Assembly: GCA_963813715.1 (NCBI GenBank)
Contig: CAWFAK010000009.1
Coordinates: forward strand, 384,001 to 448,000
Source: an uncultured Planctomycetaceae bacterium
GTDB lineage: Bacteria > Planctomycetota > Planctomycetia > Planctomycetales > Planctomycetaceae
Length of the DNA stretch: 64,000 nt
Direction of reading: 5' to 3'
Numbering within the stretch: the first letter of the stretch is position 1; every line of letters starts with the position of its first letter. The notes under the pieces are model-generated. The model did not search any database. It was not told where the DNA came from and saw nothing but the letters and a program-made list of their open reading frames with translations. Shown here one piece after another: positions 40,643 through 53,830 of the stretch. The position numbers and the translations under genes were made by a program.

Positions 40643-40972
40643 TCAGTTCGCGTTGCAGTCGAACACCCGCACCTGGGCCCACGTTTCCTTGTTTTCGGCG
40701 ATGAATCGCAGGTGCGTCTCGCTAACCTGGTAATCGTCGTGGGCTTGGCGGCCGTCAAAGATGATGTGCAGCCCGACGTGGAAGTCGGTCACGTTCACCC
40801 CCCGGGTCAGGTCGGGCACGCGCGGGCCAGCCGCGAAATAAAGAATGCCCGGGGCCACCTTCAGATATTTGTGACAGTCGGCCAGCAGCTTGTCCTGTGC
40901 CGCCGGCGACGGATCCTTCAGCGTGAAATAGACCATGTGGGCGATGACGGGGCGGGTCGACGGTGCGGACAT
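40643..40972 (-). CDS. Dabb (stress-responsive alpha/beta barrel) protein
   Basis: AHMVYFTLKD..FHVGLHIIF..AHDDYQVSETH..VRVFD. Confidence 0.85.
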   Translation of the reverse strand: MSAPSTRPVIAHMVYFTLKDPSPAAQDKLLADCHKYLKVAPGILYFAAGPRVPDLTRGVNVTDFHVGLHIIFDGRQAHDDYQVSETHLRFIAENKETWAQVRVFDCNAN

Positions 40973-41361
40973 TGCGGTGTTTCCTTGCGACGGCACGGAC
41001 GAGGCTGGGCCGGCCGGACAATTTCCGGCGCTGGTCACGAGCGATTCTGACGGCGGCTCCCCGGGCCCGCAAGCAGCGGGCTCCCGGCGCGGGCGTCGGC
41101 GGACAAAAGCGACAAGTTGACACGCTTCAAACGCGCGGATTAGACTTCGAAAGGGGCCCGCCAACCGCGTGTTGCGCGCATTTTTCCGGGAATTCCGGCG
41201 GCTTTTTCTGCCAGCCGTGTGGAATCTGGCGAACGCAAAGCGGTATTAATTGAAGAGGCCGAACGGTCTGTCAGTCTTTCGCGTTTCAAATCGAGTGCCG
41301 GCCCCGCAAACTTTGATCTTTCCACCAAGGAAGCAGGCTGCGCCCCTAGGCGAGGACGAAC

Positions 41362-42224
41362 ATGAAGCGACAACCGGATTGGAAGCGCAGCTGGTGGTGC
41401 CTGGCCGCGATGCTGGCCGTGTGGGGCTACTGCTGGGCGATTGGCCCGATCGCAGTCGACGCCCAGGAGGCCAAAGGCAAGGCGGCCGCTCCGGCGCCCG
41501 CCGCCGCCCCCCTGCCGCCGCGCCGACCTCGACCTCGGAACCCGAAGCGGCTCCGCCCCCGAGCAAAAGCGTGCTCGTGTGGTTGATCGAAACGTCGGGG
41601 TGGATCGGGGCCGTCCTGCTGGTCCTCTCGATCTACTTCGTCGCCAAGATCGTGCACCTTTATTACGACATGCGGATGGAGGTCGCCGCCCCGCCCGAAA
41701 TCCTGCAGCAGTGCGAGACCCTGCTGAAGGCCAAAGACTTTATGGGCGTCTACAAGCTGGTGAAGGGGGACGACTCGTTCTTCAGCACCGTGCTGACGGC
41801 CGGCCTGGCCGAATTGCCCCAAGGCCTGGTCGAAGCCCGCGACGCCATGGAACGCGTGGGCGAAACGCTCGTTGTCGAAATGGAAACCAAGATCAGCATG
41901 CTCGCCGTCGTCGGCACGCTGGGGCCGATGATCGGTCTGTTGGGAACGCTCAAGGGCATGATCGCCAGCTTCAGCGCGATCGCCATGTCGGATACGCAGC
42001 TCAAGGCCAGCCAGGTGGCCGGCGGAATTTCCGAAGCACTCGTGCTCACCTTTGAAGGAGTCGGGCTCGCCGTGCCCGCGATCTTCTTCTTTGCCGTATT
42101 TCGCAACAAGGTCTCGTCGATCAGCACGGCCACCATGCTGGCGGCCGACGAATTTATCCGCCGCACGAACGCCCTCTTGCGAGCCAAGCCAACGACGGGG
42201 CCGATGGGGCCGACGACCGGCTGA
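41362..42224 (+). CDS. exbB: MotA/TolQ/ExbB proton channel protein; indel near 41520
   Basis: Signal peptide in ORF 41362..; TLGPMIGLLGTLKGMIASF, AGGISEALVLTFEG in ORF ..42224. Confidence 0.88.
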
Positions 42225-42305
42225 CGGAATTCCCGCGAGACGACTGCAGGCAGCCCGGCGGCGGACTGCTCCACGGTTCACGGACGATCGATTCGGAAGA
42301 TCGGT

Positions 42306-42770
42306 ATGGCTCACTCCCCCCTGGATATGTCCACGGCGCAGCCGAACCTGACGCCGCTGTTGGACATGGTCTTTCAGCTGATCACGTTCTTCATGCTCGT
42401 GATCAACTTCAAGGATGCGGCCCTCGATCAATCGCTGCAGCTTCCGGTGTTGGGATCGGCCCGCCCGCTCGACACCAAGGGGCAGGAAGACCTGCTGGTC
42501 CTCAACATCGACGCCGAGGGACGGCTGAAGGTCTACGGCGTTCCGCGGGAGGTGCAGTCCTACATCGCCGACGAAGCGCGGCAGGAAGAAGCCCGCCTCA
42601 AGACCAAGGGGACGCCGCTTAAGGCGGGCGAAGAGCTGCCGACGATGGTGGTGATCCGCGCTGACCGGACGACTCCGTTCAAACTGCTCAACGACATCAT
42701 CAAGACGTGTCAGAAGCACAACTATCGCAAGTTCGCGCTCAAGGCCATGAATCGGCGGGAGGGACCCTGA
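42306..42770 (+). CDS. exbD: ExbD/TolR family protein
   Basis: PNLTPLLDMVFQLITFFML; VVIRADRTT. Confidence 0.92.
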   Translation: MAHSPLDMSTAQPNLTPLLDMVFQLITFFMLVINFKDAALDQSLQLPVLGSARPLDTKGQEDLLVLNIDAEGRLKVYGVPREVQSYIADEARQEEARLKTKGTPLKAGEELPTMVVIRADRTTPFKLLNDIIKTCQKHNYRKFALKAMNRREGP

Positions 42771-42771
42771 C

Positions 42772-43308
42772 ATGCGTCGTCGCCGCCGCCTCTCGCGCGC
42801 CCTGACCGACGTCGAGCTGAACCTGGCATCGATGCTCGATATGGCCTTTCAGCTGCTGGCGTTTTTCATCCTCACATTTCGGCCCTCGCCGATCGAAGGA
42901 CAGCTTTCGCTGCATCTGCCGCCGGCAGTCCCGGTCACCAACGTGCAGACCGAGCGCCCCGACGTCACCGAGGCGGCCGACGCCGGCGGCACGATCGCCA
43001 AGACGCTCGAAGTCAGCGTGTTCGCCGACAACAGCGGCAACGTGTTGAAGGTGCAGGTCGGGCTGCGGACCGCTTTTCTGGGTTCGGCGGACACCGCCAA
43101 TCTCCATAAGCTCGACCAGAAGCTGCACGAGGCTTTCGCTTTCGAGGGGAGTCCGTTCGAGCAGATTGTGATCCGCGTCGCTGCGAACCTAAAGTACGAA
43201 GAGCTGATGAAAGTGATCGACGTTTGCACGCGGCAGAAAACGGCCGACGGGCAGATGCTGCACAAAATCAGCTTTGTCGAAATGTCCGGGTCCGAACAGG
43301 CCAAGTGA
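42772..43308 (+). CDS. exbD: Second ExbD/TolR family protein
   Basis: LNLASMLDMAFQLLAFFILTF. Confidence 0.88.
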   Translation: MRRRRRLSRALTDVELNLASMLDMAFQLLAFFILTFRPSPIEGQLSLHLPPAVPVTNVQTERPDVTEAADAGGTIAKTLEVSVFADNSGNVLKVQVGLRTAFLGSADTANLHKLDQKLHEAFAFEGSPFEQIVIRVAANLKYEELMKVIDVCTRQKTADGQMLHKISFVEMSGSEQAK

Positions 43309-43316
43309 GCCGAACG

Positions 43317-44309
43317 ATGCGCCGCCGACGCAGTCGCACACGAGCCTTCGGTCCGTTCGCCTCCAATCCGACGTCGGCCCTCATGCGGCTCGGCACGCTC
43401 TTGATCGTGCTGGGGCTGATTTACTCGTGGGCCAGCAAGCCCCAGTCGTGGCGCTGGCTGGAAGACAACGCCCCGGGCGCGGCCGACGGTCAGATGGCGC
43501 TGGCCGAAATGGGGCCGTCGAGCGGCGGCCCGTCAACCGAAGGCACGCCGGTCGCCAAGCCGGCTGTAGACGAAACAGTCGTCGCCGCGCCGACCGACGT
43601 CGACCCGGCCGAGCGGGAGCAGGCACAACATCTCTTCGAGGCAGTCTCGGACAAAACCGTGCTTGCCCCGGAAGAAATGGCCGCGTACTGGCGGCTAATG
43701 AAATGGACCCGCGCACAGACGTTCGCCGCGATGGACCATCGCGCGGCCCGCGACGTGCCCCGCCTGGGGCTTCTCGAACAGCCGGAACGTTATCGGGGCC
43801 ACTTGCTGCGGCTGCGGCTGCACATCCTGCGAATTCTGGATTGGGAAGCGCCGAAGAATTCGGCCGACGTGAAGCGGGTGTACGAGGCCTGGGGCTGGAC
43901 CGATCAGTCGAACTCGCTCTATGTTTGCGCGTTCACCGAACTGCCTGCCGGCATGAAAACAGGTGAGTCGCAGCACGAAGAGGGCGTCTTCGTCGGCTAC
44001 TTCCTCAAGGACCTCGGCTTCCAGGCCCTCATGCGCAATCATGCGGCCCCATTGTTGGTGGGACGGATGCAGCGCGCGGAGTCGTCTGCCCCGGCTCCGC
44101 TGGTCGCCGAGTCCGACTGGCACTGGCTGTGGATGGGAGCCCTCGTGTTTGTCGCGATCGGTTTCGTGTTCGCGTGGCTGCGTCTGCGCCGCGTTCGCCC
44201 GGCGACCGTCGCCGCTCCGACCGCAGCCGACGAAGCCGAGATGGAGGATTGGTTCCGTAGCGAAGGAACCGCCGATCCGGCCAACCCTGCCCACCATCGC
44301 GATTTGTGA
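43317..44309 (+). CDS. Hypothetical two-TM protein with periplasmic, possibly OB-fold, domain
   Basis: N- and C-terminal TMs; PERYRGHLLRL, GYFLK, APLLVG; co-oriented with exbBDD. Confidence 0.7.
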   Translation: MRRRRSRTRAFGPFASNPTSALMRLGTLLIVLGLIYSWASKPQSWRWLEDNAPGAADGQMALAEMGPSSGGPSTEGTPVAKPAVDETVVAAPTDVDPAEREQAQHLFEAVSDKTVLAPEEMAAYWRLMKWTRAQTFAAMDHRAARDVPRLGLLEQPERYRGHLLRLRLHILRILDWEAPKNSADVKRVYEAWGWTDQSNSLYVCAFTELPAGMKTGESQHEEGVFVGYFLKDLGFQALMRNHAAPLLVGRMQRAESSAPAPLVAESDWHWLWMGALVFVAIGFVFAWLRLRRVRPATVAAPTAADEAEMEDWFRSEGTADPANPAHHRDL

Positions 44310-44366
44310 CAAGTCCCGTCCGCCCCTCATTCCCTTCCACGAAGAAAACGCCGCAAAGAAAGCCCA

Positions 44367-45974
44367 ATGTCCGCCTCCGAAGTCCGTCCCACCGTCGCCG
44401 GAGTCGAAGTTCGCGGTCTTCTCTCGGCCGAAGCGTCCCGCATCCTCACACCCGCCGCGCTCGAGTTCATTGCTACGCTCGAGCGGCAGACACGCGCCAG
44501 GCGCCGTGTGCTCCTCGCTGCGCGGGCCGAGCGGCAACAAGCTCTCGACGCCGGCGAGCTGCCCGACTTTCTGTCGGAAACGGCCGCGCTGCGCCGCGAC
44601 GATTGGCAGATCGCGCCGATCCCCGCGGCGCTCGCCGATCGGCGCGTCGAAATCACCGGTCCGGTCGATCGCAAAATGATCATCAACGCGCTCAACTCGG
44701 GCGCGAACATGTTCATGGCCGACTTCGAGGACTCGCATTCCCCCACCTGGAGCGGCACGCTCGAAGGTCAGGCCAACCTGCAGGATGCGATCGCCGGCAC
44801 CATTGACTTCGTCAATCCGCAGGGGAAGGCGTATCGGCTCGCCGATAAAACGGCGACGTTGCTCGTACGTCCACGCGGCTGGCACCTGGACGAGAAGCAC
44901 ATGCTGGTCGACGGTCAGCGGATGTCGGCCAGCCTGTTCGACTTCGGCCTCTACTTCTTCCACAACGCCCGCGCCCTGGTTGCCAAGGGACGGGGGCCCT
45001 ACTTCTATCTCCCCAAAATGGAGAGCCACCGCGAGGCCCGCTTGTGGAACGACGTCTTCGTGTCGGCCCAAGAAGCGCTCGGTCTGCCACCGCGCACCAT
45101 CAAGGCGACCGTGCTGATCGAGACGATCCTGGCCTCCTTCGAGATGGACGAGATTCTTTACGAGCTGCGAGACCACATCGCCGGACTCAACTGCGGACGG
45201 TGGGACTACATCTTCAGCTTCATCAAGAAGTTTCGGAACCGGCCCGACTTTGTGCTGCCCGATCGGGCCCTCGTGACCATGACCACGCATTTCCTGCGTT
45301 CTTACTCGCGGCTTTTGATCGAGACCTGCCATCGCCGGGGGGCTCACGCGATGGGCGGCATGGCCGCGCAAATTCCCATCAAGGACAATCCGGCCGCCAA
45401 CCAGCAGGCGCTCGACAAGGTTCGGGCTGACAAGGAACGGGAAGTGAACGACGGTCACGACGGCACGTGGGTGGCGCACCCGGGCCTGGTCGGCATCGCG
45501 AAGGACGTCTTCGACGCGCGGATGGGTGCGCCGAATCAAGTCGGCCGACGTCTGCCCGAATTGAAAATCACCGCGGCCGACCTGCTGGCCGTCCCCGAAG
45601 GGTCGATCACGGCCGACGGATTGCGAGTGAACGTGGCGGTCGGCGTGCGCTATCTGGAATCGTGGCTGCGGGGCAATGGCTGCGTGCCCATCTTCAACCT
45701 GATGGAGGACGCCGCCACTGCCGAGATTTCGCGGGCCCAGATTTGGCAGTGGATTCGCCATCCGCGCGGCCAGATGAGCAATGGAACCAAGATCACGCCG
45801 GCGGTGGTGCAGGAAGTGCTCGACAGCGAGTTGGCGGCCCTGCGCGAGAAACTCGGCCCGGCCGATTACGCGCAGACGAGGTTCGACGAGGCGGGCGATT
45901 TGTTCCTGTCGGTGAGCACGACCGAAGAATTCGTCGATTTTCTGACACTGCCCGCTTACGAGCGAATCGATTGA
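44367..45974 (+). CDS. aceB: Malate synthase A
   Basis: RRVEITGP, MADFEDS, VRPRGWHL, YFYLPKME, GLNCGRWDYIFS, GHDGTWVAHP, LMEDAATAEISR. Confidence 0.97.
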   Translation: MSASEVRPTVAGVEVRGLLSAEASRILTPAALEFIATLERQTRARRRVLLAARAERQQALDAGELPDFLSETAALRRDDWQIAPIPAALADRRVEITGPVDRKMIINALNSGANMFMADFEDSHSPTWSGTLEGQANLQDAIAGTIDFVNPQGKAYRLADKTATLLVRPRGWHLDEKHMLVDGQRMSASLFDFGLYFFHNARALVAKGRGPYFYLPKMESHREARLWNDVFVSAQEALGLPPRTIKATVLIETILASFEMDEILYELRDHIAGLNCGRWDYIFSFIKKFRNRPDFVLPDRALVTMTTHFLRSYSRLLIETCHRRGAHAMGGMAAQIPIKDNPAANQQALDKVRADKEREVNDGHDGTWVAHPGLVGIAKDVFDARMGAPNQVGRRLPELKITAADLLAVPEGSITADGLRVNVAVGVRYLESWLRGNGCVPIFNLMEDAATAEISRAQIWQWIRHPRGQMSNGTKITPAVVQEVLDSELAALREKLGPADYAQTRFDEAGDLFLSVSTTEEFVDFLTLPAYERID

Positions 45975-46016
45975 CGTGAATCGATCGCCCCGCCCCCATC
46001 ACGCGGTTCGGCGCCG

Positions 46017-46445
46017 TCAGTTCTCGTCGGCGCGACGCGGCAGCGTGTGCAGAATCTTCGCCAGGTCGGACAGAGCGACCGGCTTTTTGAGCACGCGATC
46101 GAAGCCCGCCTCGTATGCCCGACGCTCGTGGTCCGAGCCTTCCCAACCGCTGACGGCAACGATGCACAAATCGCGGGACGTCTCTTCCTGGCGGGCCGCC
46201 TTCGCAAACGCATAGCCCGACATTTCGCCCGGCAGCGTGATGTCGCAGAGCACGACTTCGGGCTGAAACTCGCGTGTGGCGGCCATGCCGCTCTCGCCGT
46301 CTTCTGCCTCGCGGGCTTCGTGCCCCAGCTTGGTCAGGAGCAATTTGAGGATAGTCCGCGCGTCGCGGGAGTCGTCCACGATCAACACGCGTCGTCGGGG
46401 AGCATTAGTGCCGGCGCCGTTCGCTTCGTGGCAGAGGCCGGTCAT
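46017..46445 (-). CDS. Single-domain response regulator (receiver)
   Basis: VLIVDD, LCDITLP, AVSG, AGFD..KPV. Confidence 0.9.
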   Translation of the reverse strand: MTGLCHEANGAGTNAPRRRVLIVDDSRDARTILKLLLTKLGHEAREAEDGESGMAATREFQPEVVLCDITLPGEMSGYAFAKAARQEETSRDLCIVAVSGWEGSDHERRAYEAGFDRVLKKPVALSDLAKILHTLPRRADEN

Positions 46446-46712
46446 AAAGAAAGTCCGCTTACCTGGCTCTGAGAGATCGGGGCGTCGTGATCGGCGTTGC
46501 GATGAGGCGAAACTGATTCGCAATGCAGAGACAAATCACTCGAAGGCCGAGCCGTGTGGCTGCCCTGGCTCTCGCCTCTAATGATACCCCACGGACGCTT
46601 CAGGGGCAGGCGCCACTTCCAAGAAAAAATCGCGTGAACGAAAAGCCACGTCGCAAAATCCGCCGGAAATTACCCAAACGGCCCGGCCGCAAGAGGCGAC
46701 TTCACGCGACAT

Positions 46713-49700
46713 TCAGCTTCCGAGGGCCGTTGCTGCCAGCCGCCGCGCGGTCCGCCGCAGGATGCCGGACCAATCGCCCGACGGGCCGGACCGCCAGAGT
46801 CGCATCGACGGGTACCAGGGCGTTGCGTCGCCGTTTTGCATCCACCGCCAATCGCAGCAGAACGGCAGCAGCGTCCAGACGGGTCGTCCGAGCGCCCCCG
46901 CGAGGTGCACCGTGGAGTTGTCGACCGAGATCACCAGATCGAGCGCGGCAATCTTGGCGCAGAAATCGTCGAGGTCGCTCATTGGATCACAATCGGCGCC
47001 GTCGTCGAGGGTTACGCCGAAGCGCTGGCGGGCGATCAGGGCATCGGCGGCTGCGGGCCCGTGCTGCAGATTGACGAAGCGAACTCCGGGCACTGCGAAG
47101 AGTGGCCCCCACTCGGCGAGCGGAATCGATCGTTTGAGTTCCGTCTCGCGGTCTTTGCCCCCCTTCCAGGCAATGCCCACCTTGAACCCGCTGCCCCCGC
47201 GGCTAAGTCGTGCCCGCCACGCCGCCACCCGCGACGCGTCGGCTTGGAGATAGCCGGCCGTCGTCGGAAAGTCCTCGATGCGCCGCCGGGTGTGGCGGGG
47301 TAACGATCCGATGAACTCGACGAGCGTTTCCTCGGTCCGCGGATCGTCCTTTGCCGGCTGGGAAATCGAATTCGGTTTGGCGACGAAACGGATGGCCGGA
47401 AACGAGCGGGCAAACAGTGACACGAGCCGGGAATCGCACTCGACCGTGCAATCGCCGGCCGTTCGTGTGGAGTCTCCTAAGCACGACCCGAACATCACCT
47501 GGTCGCCGATCCCCTGCTCGGCCAGTATGTGCACGGGACGGCCGCTCCTTGATGCCCTTTCCTTGTCCGGTAAGCGGTGGTCGACGCGCGGCCCGCTTTT
47601 GAGTCGCCACTCGTATTCGTCCCAACCGTCGGCCAGCTTGCCCTGCGACAACCAGATTAACGAGCGATCGAACCGTGCCTCGGGCAATTCGGGGTTTTCG
47701 GCCAATACCCGCTCGAGGCATTCGAGGGCTTCGGGAAATCGCCGCAGGTCTTTCAAAGCCACGGCCAGGTTGACCAGGATTTTTTGGACCTCGTTAGGAG
47801 CATTGACGTCGATCGGCCGCTGCCGCGGTTCGTCGCGGTGACATGCTTCGGCCACGCCAAGGGCTTCCCGATAGCAGCGTACGGCCTCTTCGAGACGATT
47901 TTCCTCGCGGTGGGAGTTGCCGAGATTGAACCAGACGGCCGACGAGCGAGGATCAGCCGCCACAGCCGCGCGATAGGCGGCCACTGCGAGGTCGGTGCGG
48001 CCCGCCTCTTTCCACGCGGCGCCCAGATTGTTGAGCGTTTGCGCATTGCCCGGCTCGAGCGCGGCCGCCCGCCGGTAAGCGTCGATCGCCTCGGCTAGCC
48101 TGCCTGAGTCGTGAAAGTGCGTGCCCCGCGCGAAATCGCTCGCCGCCTTCGTCCGGGCGAGTTCGACGAGTTGTCCGGCGACCTCCCGTAATAGCTCGTT
48201 CCATTTCTCCTCAAGCGGACCCTCGGCGGACGAATGGCGGAGGAGCCGCATGCTCGGATACCAGGGCGTGTCGCTGCGATCGGTGAACCAGCGCCAGTCG
48301 CCGGCGAATGGAAGCAGTGTCCAGACCGGGACGTTGAGCGCTCCGGCCAGGTGCACACTCGCGTTATCGACCGAGATCACCAAGTCGAGCGCGGCGATTT
48401 GTGCGGCCGGACCGTCGAGATCGCCCAACGGGTCGGCCTCCGGCCAATCGTGTAATGCCACACCCAGCTCTCGCCGCGCCTGCTCAAGCTCCGCCGCACA
48501 GTCGCCGTACTGCAGGTTCACGAACGCGACGCCCGGAATGCGGAAGAGCGGAGCCCACTGTGCGAGCGTCGTCGAGCGACGGCGGCGCGTTGCCGGGTCC
48601 TTCCCCCCGCGCCACGCCACGCCGACGACTAGTCCGGCCCCCAATCGCTCGAACCGTTCCCGCCACTGACTGACTTGCACGGGGTCGGGAACCAGATAGC
48701 CGGAGTGTCGTGGGAACGCCTCGAAACGCGGGCGCACGCAGCCGCGGCAAAGTGCCGGCTGCGATTTGCGCATCCCACGGCGGCACGCCGGCCGCCCGCG
48801 GGTCGATTTGCCCAGTTCGGGGAAAGAATGTCGCCGACGGAAACGACCGCGAAAACAATCGCAACAGCCGCGGTTCGCACTCGATGAGGCAGCGGCCCGA
48901 GCGTGCGATCACTTCGCCGAAGCACGAGGCGAACATCACCTCGTCGCCGACTCCCTGCTCGCTGTAAACCAAAACCGTGCTGTTCGGATCGTGCCCGCCG
49001 TCCCACTCCGGCTCGCTGAATATCCGCGGCTTGCCGTTGTACCGCCAGCGCCATTCGTACTCGCGCCAGCCGCGCTCGAGGTGGCCCTGCCGTAGCAACG
49101 GCCAAAGCTCGATTGAATTGAACGATCGGCGAATCGGGTTTCAGCCGCAGGCGCGAGCGAACGCCGCCTCTGCTTGCGGAAAGTGGCCGAGGTCCTCATA
49201 GGCGTTGGCCAGATTGACGTGCGCGTCGAAGAAATCGGGCCGCAGGGAGACGGTCCGCATGAAGCAGTCGACGGCCGCCGACAGCCTGTCCCTCGTGTCT
49301 TAGCGTCAGGCCCAGGCCGTAGTGCGCGTCGGCCGAACGGGGAGCCAACTCGACGGCCCGCTCGTGGCAGCGCCGCGCTTCGCCGCATTCGTCTAAGCCG
49401 CGGAGCGCTTCCCCCAGCCCACTCCACGCCTCGCCGGAGCCCGGATCCTGCTCGATGACGCGTCGAAACTCGACGGCAGCCGCCGCAAAGTCCGACCCGT
49501 CTTTGAGCACGTTCCCCAAGTTGAGCCGAATGCCGGACGAATCGGGAGACAGCTCGATTGCCCGGCGGAGCGCGGCCAGCGCCTCGGCCGTGCGGCCCAG
49601 CGACCGATAGGCCACACCCAGATTGCTGTGGTAGGCTGCGTTCGCCTCGTCGAGCGACAAGGCCCGCCGAATTCGTTCGACGGCCGTGACATGATCACCA

Positions 49701-49865
49701 CGTTGATGGGCGATTACACCCAGCAAGTGGTGGGCGTCAGCCTCGGACGGTTCGGCTTCGAGCGCTTGCTCGATAAAGCCGGGCCGCCCGATCGAGCATC
49801 CCCCGCCGGTGATGCTCGATCCCCTCGCGCAAGAGTTGAGCTGGTTCGCCCGCGAGCACTCCCAT
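46713..49865 (-). CDS. Tandem TPR + GT9-like glycosyltransferase-domain protein; at least 4 indels
   Basis: Start MGVLAGEPAQLL at 49865; TPRs (AHHLLG, YHSNLG); two copies of EQGxGDxVMF..GxAW.GG..FVNLQ..LDLVISVDN..HLAGAL..WRW..PWYPSMRL. About 1050 aa when joined. Confidence 0.8.
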
Positions 49866-49976
49866 GCCTGGCCCCCGCCCGGCGGCCGACGTTCAAGCGT
49901 CGGCGCCGGCCTCGTGCTCCAGTTTCCCGGCTCGCTCCCGTTCGCTTCGCAAGGTTCTCTCACTGTTTCCGTCCAA

Positions 49977-52156
49977 TTATGGCGTCGCGTTCGTCGGCTT
50001 CATCACTGGAGCCGGAGAAGGCAGAACGGGCGGGATCGACGGTGACGGAGCAGGCGTGGGCGCCGGCATCATCGCCGGAGACGCAGGCGGAGCCGGCGGC
50101 GGAGCCGTTGCCGGTGCTGCCGTGGCCGCGGGCGTCGTTCCTACCGGAGCCGGCGGCACCGGAGCCCCCGCACCAGCCGGACCCGTGGCCGGTTGCGTCG
50201 ACGGCGGCTGCAGCGTCTCCACTCCCTGACGGCAGCTGATTCTCCTCGGGCTCGGTGCAGAGGAAGTTCACAGGAATCGCGTGGCTTCGCGCCCAGGCGT
50301 TGCGCACGGCGTCCTTGTAAGCTTCGGGCGTCCAGTCCGATTCGGCCAGCGTCACGTTGTGGTAATCGAGCAGCGTGCCCTTGCGGAAGTTGAGGTCCAT
50401 GATGGCCTCGGCATAGTTGACGAGGCTCGTGTAATAGCTCTGCTCGGCCGACGCCAGGTTCGATTGGGCCGTAAGCACGAACGACAGAGTCGTGGTGCCG
50501 ACCTCGTATTGATACTGGTACAGCGCGAGTTCGCGCTCGGTCGCCAGCCGTCGATTGAAGTACGACTGCGCCGTCTGGTAGTTGACGGCAACGTTCTGGA
50601 ACGCGACGGCCAATTCCTGGGCAATTTCCATCTCGTCCACGGCCAAGCCTTCGCGGGCCTTGGCAACACGGATCTCGTATTGGCGCACCTGTGACCAAGC
50701 CGCACGGAAGCCGATGGGCATCGAGAATTGGAACCCTGCCGACCACCCGGTCTGCCCGGCTTCGGCCAGCGACGCGAAGGCACTCGAATAGGGTTGTGCG
50801 AGTTGCGACTGCTGGCTGATCAGATCGTTGCCGAACGCGTTAACCTGATACGAACTGACGAAGGCGAGCTGCGGATGCACCAGGCTCTTGGCCGCCCGCA
50901 ATTGCAGTTCGAGGCTCTTGATCTGCCATTTCTGCGTGCGCAACTCAGGCCGTCGCGTGAGCGCTTCGCTGAGCGAGCTGTACCAGTCGGGAACAAATTT
51001 CGCGATGGGCGGCTCGTCGACTGGGCGAATGATCCGCCCGTCGTTGACCGGCAGACCGAGCAATCGTCGCAAACTCGTTTCGGCGTTGTAGAGATTGTTC
51101 AGCGTCGTTTCGGCCGTGGCTCGCGTGTTGTAGAGCTGATCGCGGGCCGTCGCTTCATCGACCGGCGTAAAGCCGGCGGCACCGCCGATGTCGAGCTTGG
51201 CCTTGGCCTCGCGCCATGACCGCAGTGCGCTGTTATGAGCGACGACCGCGGTGTGATAGAGGCGGTATTGCAGATACAGATTCCAATACGTGTTCTCGGT
51301 GTCGCGCAAGAGGATCAGAGCTGACAGTTCGAAGGCCCCCAAGCTGATGTCGTCGTTGATCCGCGGCGATGGCCACACCTTGGCTCACGCCCGTGACGGC
51401 CGCAAACTGGTTGTTGACCACGCCGGCGATTCGTGTGAATTCGACGCCCGACCCGGCCCACAACGGCTGCGTGTAAGACACCTTCGCGAAACCGGTGTAC
51501 GACGAGGGAAACAAGAGGCCCGGCGCGTTGACGTTGAGGTAGTTCCATGTGTCCTGAAACTGGATCTGGCCGCCGTTCGCAAAGGTTTTGGTTAAGGTGG
51601 CGTTGAAGGCGTCGGTGTTCTGCTGGAGCACGCTACCGGCTCCGGCCCCGACGTTTTGCACGGGCGAGTTGACAATGTTCTGGTTGAAGCCAAATTGGTT
51701 GGAGACGGCAAACTGCGCGTCGAAGTCCGACAGGGCCGCTTCCACACCACGCGCGCCAAACAACACGCCCGATTCCTGGATCGCCGGATCGTAGACCGAT
51801 TCGACTCCGTTGGGGTTGGTCAACAGTGCGTTGCCCGGCGTCGTGAACGAGCCGGCCGAGCGGATGATCTTGTTGTTGGCCAGCGCCAACTCCAGCGCCT
51901 GCGACAGCGTCATGTCCCAGACCTGGTCCTTCTGGCGATTGGCGATGGTGTGCGGCCCGTTGGTGGTCGTGACCTGTTCGGGGCGCTGTTCTTCCGTCGT
52001 CGGGAACTCGATCGACGTGGCCACGTCTTTGTAGTAGTCGGGGCCGTCCGAACCGAGGTAGTGCAGCTCGTCGGGTCCCTTGCGATAGAAGCAGCCGGCC
52101 AACACGACGACGGCGGCACAGACGACCAACGCGAGTTTCAGCCGCTGAAACCTCAT
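49977..52156 (-). CDS. TolC-family outer-membrane lipoprotein; indels near 51370 and 50225
   Basis: Lipobox VLAGC; MTLSQALELALANN; DTENTYWNL, ALTRRPEL, YEVGTTTL..VLTAQ; Pro/Ala-rich tail in ORF 49977..50222. Confidence 0.82.
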
Positions 52157-52641
52157 GTCTTCCCCCTTGCCCCGGCCCGTATTTGCCGCGATCTGCGATT
52201 CGATTCCCGTCGAGCCCGCCCCTGATCGCGTACGCCCGCTCTGCGGCAAACAATCCGATCGGCCGATCGCGCGGACGGCCGCGCAATCCCGACAACCCTC
52301 AGGACCGTCACAGCTAGTATCGGCCGAAGATCCGTTAGGATGTGACTGTATTCATGGTGGAGGCGGGATTTGCGACGGCGGCGGACGTTAGGGCAGTGAA
52401 GGCACGTAAGATTTGCGTTCCGAAACCGGCACAACCAGAACCGATGCACACCGCTTTGACGCCCTGTGCAAGGGCCGGAAGCTTGCGCGAATCATGAACG
52501 TCCCAAGCGGATCGCCGTTTGTTGCGGGCAAACCGGCCGCCTCGCCGCTGCTTGCAAACCCCGAATTCATTTGCTACGGTCGCGCCCGCTCCTTCGGCTT
52601 ATTTCCAGCGGATTTTTCGCGGTTTTTGAGAGGCAGTCGGC

Positions 52642-53820
<1,179 letters not shown>

Positions 53821-53830
53821 CGCTCGACGC

